Source: Oxalobacteraceae bacterium (GTDB lineage: Bacteria > Pseudomonadota > Gammaproteobacteria > Burkholderiales > Burkholderiaceae_D). Taken from it: a DNA stretch of 64,000 bases. Below, piece by piece: positions 8,654 to 18,140 of the stretch. The stretch's first letter is position 1. Each line of letters begins with the position of its first letter. A program made the translations under genes and the position numbers. A model generated the notes under the pieces. The model saw only the letters and a list, made by a program, of their open reading frames with translations. It had not been told where the DNA came from and searched no databases. The stretch lies in contig CANFLV010000004.1 of assembly GCA_947448025.1 (NCBI GenBank), positions 77,221 to 141,220 on the forward strand, written 5' to 3'.

Positions 8654-10204
8654 TTATTGGGCGCGCAGCTTGAAGCGCTGAATCTTGCCGGTCGCGGTCT
8701 TTGGCAAGTCGCTGACGAACAGGATTTCGCGCGGATACTTATGCGGCGTCAGGCGCGATTTGACGAAGGCTTTCAATTCGTCGATCAGTGCCGGTGTGCC
8801 TGCCTGCGCGCCATTGAGGACGACATAGGCCGCCGTCTTCGTTAAGCCATCCACATCGGTCTTGCCGACGACGGCGCATTCGAGAACCGCAGGATGTTCG
8901 ATCAGTGCACTTTCAATTTCAATCGGCGAGACATACTGGCCGCTGACTTTCAGCATGTCATCGCTGCGGCCGGCGTAAGTATAAAAGCCCTGCGCATCGG
9001 CGCTGTATTTATCGCCGCTCTTGAGCCAGTCGCCGAGAAAAGTCGCGCGGCTTTTTTCGCGATTCGCCCAGTACAGCAGCGCTGCGCTCGGACCGCGCAC
9101 GTAGAGGTCGCCGATTTCGCCAGTGGCCACGGGCAGGTTATCTTCATTGCGCAATTCGACCTCATAGCCGGGCACGGCCTGGCCCGAAGTGCCATAACGG
9201 ACATGGCCGCTGCGATTGGAAATGAAGATGTGCAGCATTTCGGTGGAGCCGAGTCCGTCGAGAATTTCACAGCCAAAACGCTGATGGAATTTTTCACCGA
9301 CTTCGCGCGGCAAGGCTTCGCCGGCGGACGCGCAAATGCGTAGCGCGACGGCGCTTTTTGCAGGTAATTCCGGCGACGCCAACATCGCCACGAATAGTGT
9401 CGGTACGCCGCAAAAGACCGTCGGCTGGTTCGCAACGAGGCGCTGGAACACGGCTTTCGGTGTCGGCCGCTCCGCCATCAGGATCACCGTCGCGCCCACG
9501 CTGAGGGGAAAGGTCAGGCCATTGCCCAGACCGTAGGCAAAGAACAGCTTGGCCGCTGAAAAAACGATGTCGTCAGAGCGCATGCCCAGCACCGGCTTGG
9601 CATACAGTTCAGCAGTCCAGAACAGATTGGCATGCGAATGGACCGTGCCTTTCGGGCGTCCGGTCGAACCCGATGAATACAGCCAGAAGGCGAAATCGTC
9701 AGCGCGCGTGGCAGCACCGGCATCGTGCGCGAGCGGCGCGGATTGCAAGAGGTCGGCCATGCTGCTGTAGCCAGTCTGTACATCGCCAGAGACGATCACT
9801 TCCGCAGCATTGCCTGCATCTGCGAGTGCTTCCTGCACATGCGCCAGCAAGGGTGCGGAGACGATGATGGCGCGCGCATTGCTGTGTTCAATCATGTAGG
9901 CATAATCGGCCACTGGCAACAGTGTATTGACCGGCACCGGGACAATCCCTGCGAACAAGGCGCCAAGGAAGGCGACCGGCAAATCGACGCTGTCCTGCAT
10001 GATCAGCAAGACGCGTTCTTCGCGACGAATGCCACGCGCAAGCAAGCCTGCGGCAACGCGACGAATACGCTCGTCGAGTTCGCCATAACTGACTGAACTG
10101 TTATCGTCGATGTAGGCGATCTTCGCAGCGCGCGCTGCATTCAATTGCATCAGGTGCGCAGCAAAATTGAAGCGCTCGGGCAAAGCGGTGCTCAGGTGGT
10201 GCAT
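8654..10204 (-). CDS. bclA: Benzoate-CoA ligase (adenylate-forming enzyme)
   Basis: AMP-binding core motifs (YSSGSTGRPKG, YGTSG, GDKY...GRSDDMLKVSG). Benzoate specificity is inferred from its position beside boxD/boxR/boxCBA. Confidence 0.85.
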   Translation of the reverse strand: MHHLSTALPERFNFAAHLMQLNAARAAKIAYIDDNSSVSYGELDERIRRVAAGLLARGIRREERVLLIMQDSVDLPVAFLGALFAGIVPVPVNTLLPVADYAYMIEHSNARAIIVSAPLLAHVQEALADAGNAAEVIVSGDVQTGYSSMADLLQSAPLAHDAGAATRADDFAFWLYSSGSTGRPKGTVHSHANLFWTAELYAKPVLGMRSDDIVFSAAKLFFAYGLGNGLTFPLSVGATVILMAERPTPKAVFQRLVANQPTVFCGVPTLFVAMLASPELPAKSAVALRICASAGEALPREVGEKFHQRFGCEILDGLGSTEMLHIFISNRSGHVRYGTSGQAVPGYEVELRNEDNLPVATGEIGDLYVRGPSAALLYWANREKSRATFLGDWLKSGDKYSADAQGFYTYAGRSDDMLKVSGQYVSPIEIESALIEHPAVLECAVVGKTDVDGLTKTAAYVVLNGAQAGTPALIDELKAFVKSRLTPHKYPREILFVSDLPKTATGKIQRFKLRAQ

Positions 10205-10284
10205 GGGTGTCTCCGGATTTTGATGCTTACTCGGGCGCGCCGTCGATTGCAGCGCTGATGCCCGTTATTCTGTTCGGTGCAAGC

Positions 10285-11856
10285 TTAGTAATGCCATTTC
10301 GCCGAAGTCGCTGCTAGCTGTTCCAGCGTCGCTGCCGAAGCCTGGATGGCGCTGCGACGATGGTAGAAACCCAGGCCGCGCATGCCGCCGAGTTCTTCGC
10401 CGCCGCCAGCGCGGCCCGGACCGCCGTGGATCGACACCGGCATGACATTACCGTGGCCGCTTTGCGATTTGCCGACTTCCGGCGTGACCATGTGTACGCG
10501 CCCATGTGAGCCAGCCAGAGCGCAGGCAGCCTGCGCCATCCATGCTTCGTCAGCGCTGAACACGGAAGTCACGAGTGAGCCAAGGCCGCGATGCGCGAGC
10601 GCGATCGCATGTGGCGCATCGCGATAGCCCAACAGGGTCGAGACCGGACCGAATACTTCATGGTCATGCACCAGCGATGCCTGCTCTGCATCGGCAATCC
10701 CGAGCAGCGTCGGCGCGACGCAGGCAGCCACGGCCGGATCGGCATCGATCAGGGTTTGCTGACGACCATCGTGAATCAGGCGTGCTTCGCCGGCCAGCGC
10801 GGCAATGCCTTGCTGGACACTGTCGAATTGTTCACGGCTGACCAGAGAACCCATGCGCACATCGGCATTGCGCGGATTGCCGACCGTGATTTGCGCCAGT
10901 CGCGCCGCAGTCGCTTCAGCGACCGCATCGAAATAGCGCGCCGGCACCAGTGCGCGGCGGATCGCCGTGCAGCGCTGACCGCTCTTGGTCGTCATTTCGC
11001 GAACCAGTTCCTTGATGTACAGATCGAAGGCTGGCGTGCCGGGTGCGGCATCTTCACCGAGGATGGCCGAGTTCAGACTATCGGCTTCAATGTTCGTGCG
11101 TACCGAATGACGGACGACGGCAGCATGCGCGCGGATCTGCGCGGCGGTGTCGGCCGAACCGGTGAAGGACAGGACATCGAATAGCTGCAGCGAGTCGAGC
11201 AGTCCGGCGGAGCTGCCACAGACGATCGACAAGGCACCCGCTGGCAAGATGCCGGCAGCGACGACATCGGCGACCATGCGTTGCGTCAGCCAGGCAGTCA
11301 CTGTCGCTGGCTTGATCACGACCGGTACGCCCGACAGCAGCGCCGGTGCGGCCTTCTCCCACAAGCCCCAGGCCGGGAAGTTAAAGGCATTGATGAATAA
11401 TGCCAGGCCGCGCACGGGCGTGATGATGTGCTGCGACTGGAATAGTTGGTCTTTCGACAGGCTGACTGCGGCGCCGTCGAGCAGCGTGCGCGCCTGGCCA
11501 AATGCGGCGCCGGCTTTCGCGTAGTAATTCAGGGTATAGGCTGCACCTTCGATATCGACGGCCGAATCGGCTTGCGTCGTGCCGGAGTTGGCCAGCGCGA
11601 TCTCATAATACGCATCGCGATTGGCTTGCAAGACCTTGCCGATTTCCGCCAGCATCGCGGCGCGCTCGCCATAGCTCATGGCCTGCAGGGCAGCTGCACC
11701 GTGCGTGCGGGCAAAGTCAAAACCGGCTTCCAGTCCATCGGCGCGGCCACCCGTTTGCGCCAATTCCGCGCCCGTGACCGGGTCACGCAGGATGTTGGCG
11801 ACGGTCGTTTCTGGCTGCCATTGGCCGGACAGGTAATTGTGCAGGTAATTAGTCAT
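10285..11856 (-). CDS. boxD: 3,4-dehydroadipyl-CoA semialdehyde dehydrogenase (aldehyde dehydrogenase family)
   Basis: ~520-aa ALDH-type protein (FTGS, QRCTA catalytic Cys region) located next to bclA and boxR, as in characterised box clusters. Confidence 0.8.
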   Translation of the reverse strand: MTNYLHNYLSGQWQPETTVANILRDPVTGAELAQTGGRADGLEAGFDFARTHGAAALQAMSYGERAAMLAEIGKVLQANRDAYYEIALANSGTTQADSAVDIEGAAYTLNYYAKAGAAFGQARTLLDGAAVSLSKDQLFQSQHIITPVRGLALFINAFNFPAWGLWEKAAPALLSGVPVVIKPATVTAWLTQRMVADVVAAGILPAGALSIVCGSSAGLLDSLQLFDVLSFTGSADTAAQIRAHAAVVRHSVRTNIEADSLNSAILGEDAAPGTPAFDLYIKELVREMTTKSGQRCTAIRRALVPARYFDAVAEATAARLAQITVGNPRNADVRMGSLVSREQFDSVQQGIAALAGEARLIHDGRQQTLIDADPAVAACVAPTLLGIADAEQASLVHDHEVFGPVSTLLGYRDAPHAIALAHRGLGSLVTSVFSADEAWMAQAACALAGSHGRVHMVTPEVGKSQSGHGNVMPVSIHGGPGRAGGGEELGGMRGLGFYHRRSAIQASAATLEQLAATSAKWHY

Positions 11857-11879
11857 GACATCTTTCTATCGGGTGGGGT

Positions 11880-12350
11880 TTATGCGGCAGCCGTGAATGT
11901 GATCGCGCCTTGCGGCAGCAGATACAGGACCAGGGCGCGGCCTTCGGTAACGGTCGGGCGATGCGCCGTGCCGGCTTCATAAACGCACCAGCCAGCGGGA
12001 CGGCCATCGAAACAGGCGCCCGGCGTCAGCGGCATAATCAAATCAATTTCGCCATTCGGATGCGCATGATGGGGGCCGGCGATATCCGCCATGTCGACGA
12101 CATCGACGCTGAAACCGTGCGTCGCCTCAGTGGCCTTGAGCACGCGGCCGTAACGAATGCCGCCGCCTTCGCGCTGGCACAGCCAGCCATCGCGCACGCC
12201 GATCTGGCAAGCCGCGACCGCCTGTTCATACCAGTGACTGCCGGGGCCGTGCTCGGCATTCAAATGTGCTTCCAACGAAGCATCGAGCGGAATGCCGGCG
12301 ATTTCTTCGGTGAGACGGCTGATTAATTGCTGGAAACCGGTGACATCCAT
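11880..12350 (-). CDS. Small conserved hypothetical protein, possibly cupin-like (resembles the DUF4863-type ORF I recall from box clusters)
   Basis: The ATG at 12350 is preceded by GAGG; the track start at 12365 is a TTG. Contains HHAHPNGEIDL, a His-rich motif of the kind seen in metal-binding cupins. Family assignment is from memory, not a search. Confidence 0.55.
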   Translation of the reverse strand: MDVTGFQQLISRLTEEIAGIPLDASLEAHLNAEHGPGSHWYEQAVAACQIGVRDGWLCQREGGGIRYGRVLKATEATHGFSVDVVDMADIAGPHHAHPNGEIDLIMPLTPGACFDGRPAGWCVYEAGTAHRPTVTEGRALVLYLLPQGAITFTAAA

Positions 12351-12442
12351 GCAGACCTCGATCAATGAGTGTTGTAGATTGCGATTTATAATGCGTTCGA
12401 TCGGAGTCTAGATGTAATATCTTGCATGTGTCAAGCATTGTT

Positions 12443-12456
12443 TGAACTATAGTTCA
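12443..12456. promoter_or_regulatory. Perfect 14-bp palindrome TGAACTATAGTTCA in the boxR / boxD-operon divergent region; candidate BoxR operator
   Basis: Read directly; the sequence is self-complementary. Related copies lie at 13572-13585, 13633-13646 and 16820-16833. Confidence 0.4.
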
Positions 12457-12544
12457 TGCGCTGCATCGCAATATGCAATGGAATTTGCGATAATCAGGCA
12501 TTGCGAGTTATTGATTTTTTAACCGAGTACTGGACCCGCTGCAA

Positions 12545-13447
12545 ATGACTGCATTATCGGCACCAAATGATAGCGCCACTGAAGATAAAGACCCCTTCCT
12601 GATCGCCCTGGGCGAGCGCCTGCGCGACCTGCGTGCGCGCCGCGGACTCACGCGCAAGGCATTGGCGCAGATGGCCGATGTTTCCGAGCGCCATCTCGCC
12701 AATGTTGAATCGGGCGTGGGCAATGCCTCCATCCAGTTCCTGCGCCAGCTTACGACGGTGCTGAACTGCACGCTTGCGGAAATGATCGGCGACGAAACCG
12801 CGAGCACGCCTGAATGGCTGATGATTCGCGAGATCCTGCGCGGCCGCTCAGATACCGAGCTGGCCCAGGCGAGAACTGCCCTCGCAGGCATTTTCGACGC
12901 CCCGACCACGCAATCGGCGCGACGCCAGCGCGTCGCCTTGATCGGCTTGCGCGGTGCAGGTAAATCCAGCCTCGGGCGCATGCTCGCCGATCATTGGATG
13001 GTGCCCTTCATTGAATTAGGGCGCTATATAGAGACCCTGGCCGGCTGCAGCGTTGCGGAAGTTCATGCACTCTACGGCCCGAGCGCCTACCGCCGTTATG
13101 AATCGCGCGCGATTGAAGAGGTCATCCAGCGCTATCCGCGCGCCGTGATCGCCACGCCCGGCGGTCTCGTGTCTGATCCGGCGACCTTCAATCTGCTGCT
13201 GTCGCACTGCTATACGGTGTGGATCAAGGCTTCGCCGGAAAATCACATGGAACGCGTCGTCGCGCAAGGCGATACGCGGCCTATGCACGGCAATCGCGAA
13301 GCCATGGAAGACTTGAAGAACATCCTCGAAAGCCGCGCTGCGTTTTATTCGAAGGCGGACGAATCTTTCGATACCAGCGACATGACGCAGGAAGCAGCCT
13401 TCATGGGCTTGATGGATCAGCTGCGCGAAGTCATACAGATCAGCTGA
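12545..13447 (+). CDS. boxR: BoxR/BzdR-type regulator: N-terminal XRE-family HTH fused to a shikimate-kinase-like domain
   Basis: HTH region (LRARRGLTRKALAQMADVSERHLANVESG) followed by P-loop GLRGAGKSSLGRMLA and a shikimate-kinase-like C-terminal half. This architecture is diagnostic for BzdR/BoxR. Confidence 0.8.
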   Translation: MTALSAPNDSATEDKDPFLIALGERLRDLRARRGLTRKALAQMADVSERHLANVESGVGNASIQFLRQLTTVLNCTLAEMIGDETASTPEWLMIREILRGRSDTELAQARTALAGIFDAPTTQSARRQRVALIGLRGAGKSSLGRMLADHWMVPFIELGRYIETLAGCSVAEVHALYGPSAYRRYESRAIEEVIQRYPRAVIATPGGLVSDPATFNLLLSHCYTVWIKASPENHMERVVAQGDTRPMHGNREAMEDLKNILESRAAFYSKADESFDTSDMTQEAAFMGLMDQLREVIQIS

Positions 13448-13472
13448 TTTAGCGCAACGCGTAGTACCTGCC

Positions 13473-13505
13473 GGCGCGCCGATCATGGCGCGCCAGTCTC
13501 TTTCC
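13473..13505 (+). terminator. Hairpin after boxR (GGCGCGCC-GATCAT-GGCGCGCC), possible terminator
   Basis: 8-bp GC stem at 13473-13480 / 13487-13494. The downstream sequence is pyrimidine-rich but has no clean T-run. Confidence 0.3.
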
Positions 13506-13614
13506 CTCTGTAATTCCCATTCCCACCGCCCCCATGTTCATCAACACTGGCAATAGAAGCACTCTATTTCCGGCGCTATAGTGCACTCACCTGAAACAAA
13601 ATGCATTTTCTTGC

Positions 13615-13646
13615 TTGACGTTAAATTTGAGATGCAATATAGTTCA
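13615..13646 (+). promoter_or_regulatory. Predicted sigma70 promoter of boxCBA (TTGACG-17 nt-TATAGT) overlapped by the palindrome-like site TGCAATATAGTTCA
   Basis: -35 at 13615-13620 and -10 at 13638-13643, 17-nt spacer, about 43 nt upstream of the boxC ATG. The operator-like 14-mer at 13633-13646 covers the -10. Confidence 0.45.
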
Positions 13647-13686
13647 GTCACACTACAACAGATGCACCATATTTCCATCGAGGAGA

Positions 13687-15348
13687 ATGATGAGTACCGC
13701 AACCCAAATCAATTACGCCACGTCACCTGAGCAATACAAGCATTGGGATCTGGCTGTCGATGGCCAGATCGCCACGCTAACGATGAATATCAATGAAGAC
13801 GGCGGCTTGAAGGAAGGTTACAAGCTCAAGCTCAATTCCTATGATCTCGGCGTCGACATTGAATTGCATGATGCCGTACAGCGCATTCGCTTCGAGCATC
13901 CGACCGTGCGTACGGTCGTTATTGCCAGCGGCCGCGATCGCATTTTCTGCTCGGGCGCGAATATCTTCATGCTCGGCAAATCGACGCATGCATGGAAAGT
14001 CAATTTCTGTAAATTCACGAATGAAACGCGCAATGGCCTGGAAGACTCCAGCCGTCATGGCGGCCTGAAGTTCGTCGCTGCCGTCAATGGCGCCTGCGCC
14101 GGCGGTGGCTATGAGATGGCTGCAGCCTGCGATGAAATCATCCTCGTCGATGACCGTTCGTCCTCAGTCAGCTTGCCGGAAGTGCCGCTGCTGGGTGTGC
14201 TGCCAGGTACCGGCGGCCTCACGCGCCTGACGGACAAGCGCAAGGTTCGCCATGACCATGCCGATATCTTCTGCACCACATCCGAAGGTGTCCGCGGCCA
14301 GCGCGCCAAGGACTGGAAACTCGTCGATGAAATCGCCAAGCCGGCGCAATTCGCCGAGACCGTGCGTGCCCATGCACTGGCACTGGCAGCGACCAGCCTG
14401 CGTCCTGAACATGCGACCGGCGTGAAGCTCACCCCGCTCAATCGCGAACAGACAGCCAATACGCTGGATTACGAATTCGTCAGCATCGCGATCGACCGCG
14501 CTGCGCGTCATGCCGTAGTGAACGTGAAGTCACCTGCGACAGCGCAGCCGACTGATGCTGCCGGCATCGAAGCGGCCGGCATCCACTGGTGGCCGCTGCA
14601 GTTTGCACGCGAACTCGATGACGCCATCCTGCACCTGCGCACGAATGAACTCGACATCGGCACCTGGATCCTGAAATCCTCGGGTAATGCGCAAGCCGTG
14701 CTCGCCGTCGACGCCAGCATCGCTGCGAATGCCGACAATTGGCTTGTGCGTGAAACGGTCGGCCATCTGCGCCGCACATTTGCGCGCCTTGACGTAACTT
14801 CGCGTTCGCTGTTTGCCTTCATCGAGTCCGGTTCCTGTTTCGTCGGGACGCTGCTTGAAGTCGCGCTGTCGGCGGACCGTATCTATATGCTGGCCTTGCC
14901 GGGCGATGTGGCGAATGCACCGACGATTGCCGTCTCCGCCATGAACTTTGGCGTCCTGCCGATGGTGACGCATGAATCGCGCCTTGAGCGCCGCTTCTAT
15001 GGCGACGAAAAAGACCTCGCCGCTGTACGCAGTACGCAGGGCGGCGCGCTCGATGCGGCCAAGGCACTGGCACTGGGCCTGATTACCGCCGATCCGGATG
15101 ACCTCGACTGGGCAGATGAGACTCGCATGGTGCTCGAAGAGCGCGCCAGCATGTCGCCGGATGCCTTGACCGGCATGGAAGCGAACTTGCGTTTCAATGG
15201 TAAGGAAACCATGGAGACGCGCATCTTCGGTCGCCTCACTGCATGGCAGAACTGGATCTTCATCCGTCCGAACGCCGTCGGCGAATTCGGCGCCCTGAAG
15301 GTTTATGGCTCCGGTAACAAAGCCCAGTTTGATTTCAACCGCGTTTAA
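13687..15348 (+). CDS. boxC: 2,3-epoxybenzoyl-CoA dihydrolase / benzoyl-CoA-dihydrodiol lyase
   Basis: ~553-aa double crotonase-fold protein immediately upstream of boxB. Start moved to ATG 13687 (AGGAG upstream); the track ORF begins at 13615. Confidence 0.88.
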   Translation: MMSTATQINYATSPEQYKHWDLAVDGQIATLTMNINEDGGLKEGYKLKLNSYDLGVDIELHDAVQRIRFEHPTVRTVVIASGRDRIFCSGANIFMLGKSTHAWKVNFCKFTNETRNGLEDSSRHGGLKFVAAVNGACAGGGYEMAAACDEIILVDDRSSSVSLPEVPLLGVLPGTGGLTRLTDKRKVRHDHADIFCTTSEGVRGQRAKDWKLVDEIAKPAQFAETVRAHALALAATSLRPEHATGVKLTPLNREQTANTLDYEFVSIAIDRAARHAVVNVKSPATAQPTDAAGIEAAGIHWWPLQFARELDDAILHLRTNELDIGTWILKSSGNAQAVLAVDASIAANADNWLVRETVGHLRRTFARLDVTSRSLFAFIESGSCFVGTLLEVALSADRIYMLALPGDVANAPTIAVSAMNFGVLPMVTHESRLERRFYGDEKDLAAVRSTQGGALDAAKALALGLITADPDDLDWADETRMVLEERASMSPDALTGMEANLRFNGKETMETRIFGRLTAWQNWIFIRPNAVGEFGALKVYGSGNKAQFDFNRV

Positions 15349-15389
15349 TTTCAGCTGCACTGACTTTTCAAAAATAAAAGGATCGCATC

Positions 15390-16817
15390 GTGAGCACAAT
15401 TGATTACAGTGAAAAAATTCCGAATAACGTCAACCTGTCGGAAGACAAGACGCTGCAGCGCGCGCTGGAACACTGGCAGCCGAATTACCTGCAATGGTGG
15501 AATGACATGGGTCCGGACAGCTCGACGAACCATGATGTCTACCTGCGCACGGCCATCAATGTCACGCCGGAAGGCTGGGCGAATTTCGGCCATGTGAAGA
15601 TGCCGGAATACCGCTGGGGCATTTTCCTCGGCCAGGCAGAAGAAGGCCGCAAGGTCAACTTCGGCGAGAACAAGGGCATGGATGCATGGCAGGAAGTCCC
15701 GGGCGAACATCGCGCGAACCTGCGCCGCATGATCGTCACGCAGGGCGACACCGAGCCGGCATCGGTCGAGCAGCAGCGTCACCTCGGCCTGACTGCACCA
15801 TCGAATTACGACTTGCGTAATCTGTTCCAGATCAACGTTGAAGAAGGCCGTCACCTGTGGGCGATGGTCTACCTGCTGCACAAGTATTTCGGTCGCGATG
15901 GTCGCGAAGAAGCCGAAGCACTGTTGCAACGTAATTCCGGCGACCAGGAAAAGCCGCGGATTCTGGAAGCCTTCAATGAAGAGACACCGGACTGGCTCGC
16001 GTTCTACATGTTCACCTACTTCACGGACCGTGACGGCAAATTCCAGTTGAGCGCTCTGGCCGAATCCGGCTTCGATCCGCTGGCACGCACCTGCCGCTTC
16101 ATGTTGACCGAAGAAGCGCATCACATGTTCGTGGGCGAGTCGGGCATTTCCCGCGTGATCAATCGTACCTGCCAGGTCATGAAGGAATTCGGCATCGAAG
16201 ATCCGGCGCAAGTCCGCGCCAAGGGCGTGATCGACCTGCCAACGATCCAGCGTTACCTGAATTTCCATTTCAGCGTCACCATCGACCTGTTTGGCGCCGA
16301 CCAGTCCTCGAACGCCGCCGCGTTCTACAGCGCTGGCCTGAAGGGTCGTTACGAAGAAATGAAGCGTGACGATGATCACCTGCTGAAGAACCAGCAATAC
16401 AAGATCCTCGACGTGAGCAATGGCGTGCTGACCGAGCGTGAAGTCCCGATGCTCAACGCGCTCAACGAATTGCTGCGTGACGACTACATCCGTGACTCCG
16501 TGTCTGGTGTCGGCCGCTGGAATCGCGTGATTGAAAAGGCGGGCCTCGCTTTCCGCCTGACGGTTCCGCACAAGGCCTTCAACCGTCACATCGGACCAAT
16601 GTCCGCCTTCAAGATTTCACCGGAAGGCCAGGTCATCTCGGAAGCCGAATGGGCTGCCAATGTCACAAACTGGCTGCCGTCGGAAGAAGATCGTGCCTAC
16701 GTCGCGTCCTTGATGGGTCGCGTGATCGAGCCGGGCAAGATGGCAAACTGGATTGCACCGCCGCCAGTGGGCATCAATCGTCAGCCTGTCGATTTCGAAT
16801 ACGTCCGCTTCAACTAA
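15390..16817 (+). CDS. boxB: Benzoyl-CoA 2,3-epoxidase (oxygenase) subunit B, di-iron enzyme
   Basis: 475 aa with two ExxH di-iron motifs (EEGRHLW and TEEAHHMF). Lies between boxC and boxA. Confidence 0.9.
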   Translation: MSTIDYSEKIPNNVNLSEDKTLQRALEHWQPNYLQWWNDMGPDSSTNHDVYLRTAINVTPEGWANFGHVKMPEYRWGIFLGQAEEGRKVNFGENKGMDAWQEVPGEHRANLRRMIVTQGDTEPASVEQQRHLGLTAPSNYDLRNLFQINVEEGRHLWAMVYLLHKYFGRDGREEAEALLQRNSGDQEKPRILEAFNEETPDWLAFYMFTYFTDRDGKFQLSALAESGFDPLARTCRFMLTEEAHHMFVGESGISRVINRTCQVMKEFGIEDPAQVRAKGVIDLPTIQRYLNFHFSVTIDLFGADQSSNAAAFYSAGLKGRYEEMKRDDDHLLKNQQYKILDVSNGVLTEREVPMLNALNELLRDDYIRDSVSGVGRWNRVIEKAGLAFRLTVPHKAFNRHIGPMSAFKISPEGQVISEAEWAANVTNWLPSEEDRAYVASLMGRVIEPGKMANWIAPPPVGINRQPVDFEYVRFN

Positions 16818-16819
16818 GC

Positions 16820-16864
16820 TGAACTATAGTTAGCTTTAACGGGCCGGCGGCAACCCCGCCGGCC
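16820..16864 (+). promoter_or_regulatory. boxB-boxA intercistronic element: operator-like TGAACTATAGTTAG plus a 9-bp GC hairpin
   Basis: 16820-16833 matches the 12443 palindrome at 12 of 14 positions. GGCCGGCGG (16842-16850) pairs with CCGCCGGCC (16856-16864). Confidence 0.3.
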
Positions 16865-16894
16865 TCGTCTTATCCAACACATTGATGGGCCACC

Positions 16895-18130
16895 ATGAAC
16901 GCTCCCGAACAGATCGTCTTCATTCGTCAACACCTGATTGATCCGGAAATCTGCATTCGCTGCAATACCTGCGAAGAAGCCTGTCCGGTCGATGCCATTA
17001 CCCACGACAGCCGTAATTATGTCGTCGATGCCGACATCTGCAATGGCTGCGGCAATTGCGTCTCGCCTTGCCCGACCGGCTCCATCGATCACTGGCATCC
17101 TATGCCCAAGAGCGCCGCGTATTCGCTCGCAGACCAGTTCAGCTGGGATGAATTACCGGCCGCGCAGGACATGCCTTCCGCTGCGCTCGAACAGACAGCG
17201 CCTGTACAAGCCTCGACTGCCGGTGTGCAAGTCAATGCCGCGACCTCGACGTCCTCGGTGATCCCGCCCTGGTCAGCCGCGCATCCTTATGCGAATCTTT
17301 ATACCGTGAAGGCACCGGCCAGCGCGACCGTCGTCGGCAATTACCGCCTGACCGCGCCGGATGTCGCCAGCGATATCCACCACATCGTGCTCGATTTTGG
17401 CACGACCGTCTTCCCGATACTTGAAGGCCAGTCGATCGGTATCATCCCGCCCGGCCTCGATGCGAACGGCAAGCCGCATTACCCGCGCATGTATTCCGTG
17501 GCCAGTCCGCGCACCGGCGAGCGCGACGGCTATAACAATTTGTCACTCACCGTCAAACGCGTCGTCGAAGACCATGATGGCAAACCGACTGTCGGCCTGG
17601 CGTCGAACTACCTGTGCGATTTGCCCAAAGGCGCGAGCGTGCAGATCACCGGACCCTTCGGTGTCAATTATCTGATGCCGAATCATCCCGATTCGAACCT
17701 GCTGATGATCTGCACCGGCACGGGCGCCGCGCCCATGCGCGCCATGACCGAACATCGCCGTCGCCTGCGCGCGAACGGCCAGCCTGCCAGCGGCAAGCTG
17801 ATGCTGTTTTTCGGCGCGCGCAATCCGGATGAACTGCCTTACTTTGGGCCGCTGCTGAAACTGCCGGCTGATTTCATTGACAAGCATTTCGCGTTTTCGC
17901 GCATGCAGGACCAGCCCAAGGCTTATGTACAGGACAAGATCCGCGAGTCCGGGAAATCGGTTGCGCAGTTATTGCAAGGCGATACCTACCTCTACATCTG
18001 CGGCTTGAAAGGCATGGAGACGGGCGTGATGGCGGCGCTGTTTGATCTGTGCAGCGAGCATGGCCTTGACTGGCCGGCACTGCACGCGAAGATGGTCGCG
18101 GAAGGCCGTTTCCACGTCGAGACTTACTAA
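16895..18130 (+). CDS. boxA: Benzoyl-CoA oxygenase reductase component A (2x[4Fe-4S] ferredoxin fused to an FNR-like FAD/NADPH reductase)
   Basis: [12 protein letters not shown] and [12 protein letters not shown] cluster motifs, RMYSVAS (RxYS FAD motif) and [14 protein letters not shown] motif. Confidence 0.9.
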   Translation: MNAPEQIVFIRQHLIDPEICIRCNTCEEACPVDAITHDSRNYVVDADICNGCGNCVSPCPTGSIDHWHPMPKSAAYSLADQFSWDELPAAQDMPSAALEQTAPVQASTAGVQVNAATSTSSVIPPWSAAHPYANLYTVKAPASATVVGNYRLTAPDVASDIHHIVLDFGTTVFPILEGQSIGIIPPGLDANGKPHYPRMYSVASPRTGERDGYNNLSLTVKRVVEDHDGKPTVGLASNYLCDLPKGASVQITGPFGVNYLMPNHPDSNLLMICTGTGAAPMRAMTEHRRRLRANGQPASGKLMLFFGARNPDELPYFGPLLKLPADFIDKHFAFSRMQDQPKAYVQDKIRESGKSVAQLLQGDTYLYICGLKGMETGVMAALFDLCSEHGLDWPALHAKMVAEGRFHVETY

Positions 18131-18140
18131 GCTGAACGCC

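Noticed and set aside
15351-16589. 412-aa ORF on the minus strand, antisense to boxB. Similar long antisense ORFs occur at 14530-15399, 26042-26962, 33413-34420, 47102-48532 and 20614-21312.
   Set aside because: Each lies entirely opposite a gene with clear family motifs. Their translations are Arg/Ala/His-rich with no recognisable motifs and no ribosome-binding sites. This is the usual stop-codon-poor antisense frame of high-GC DNA.
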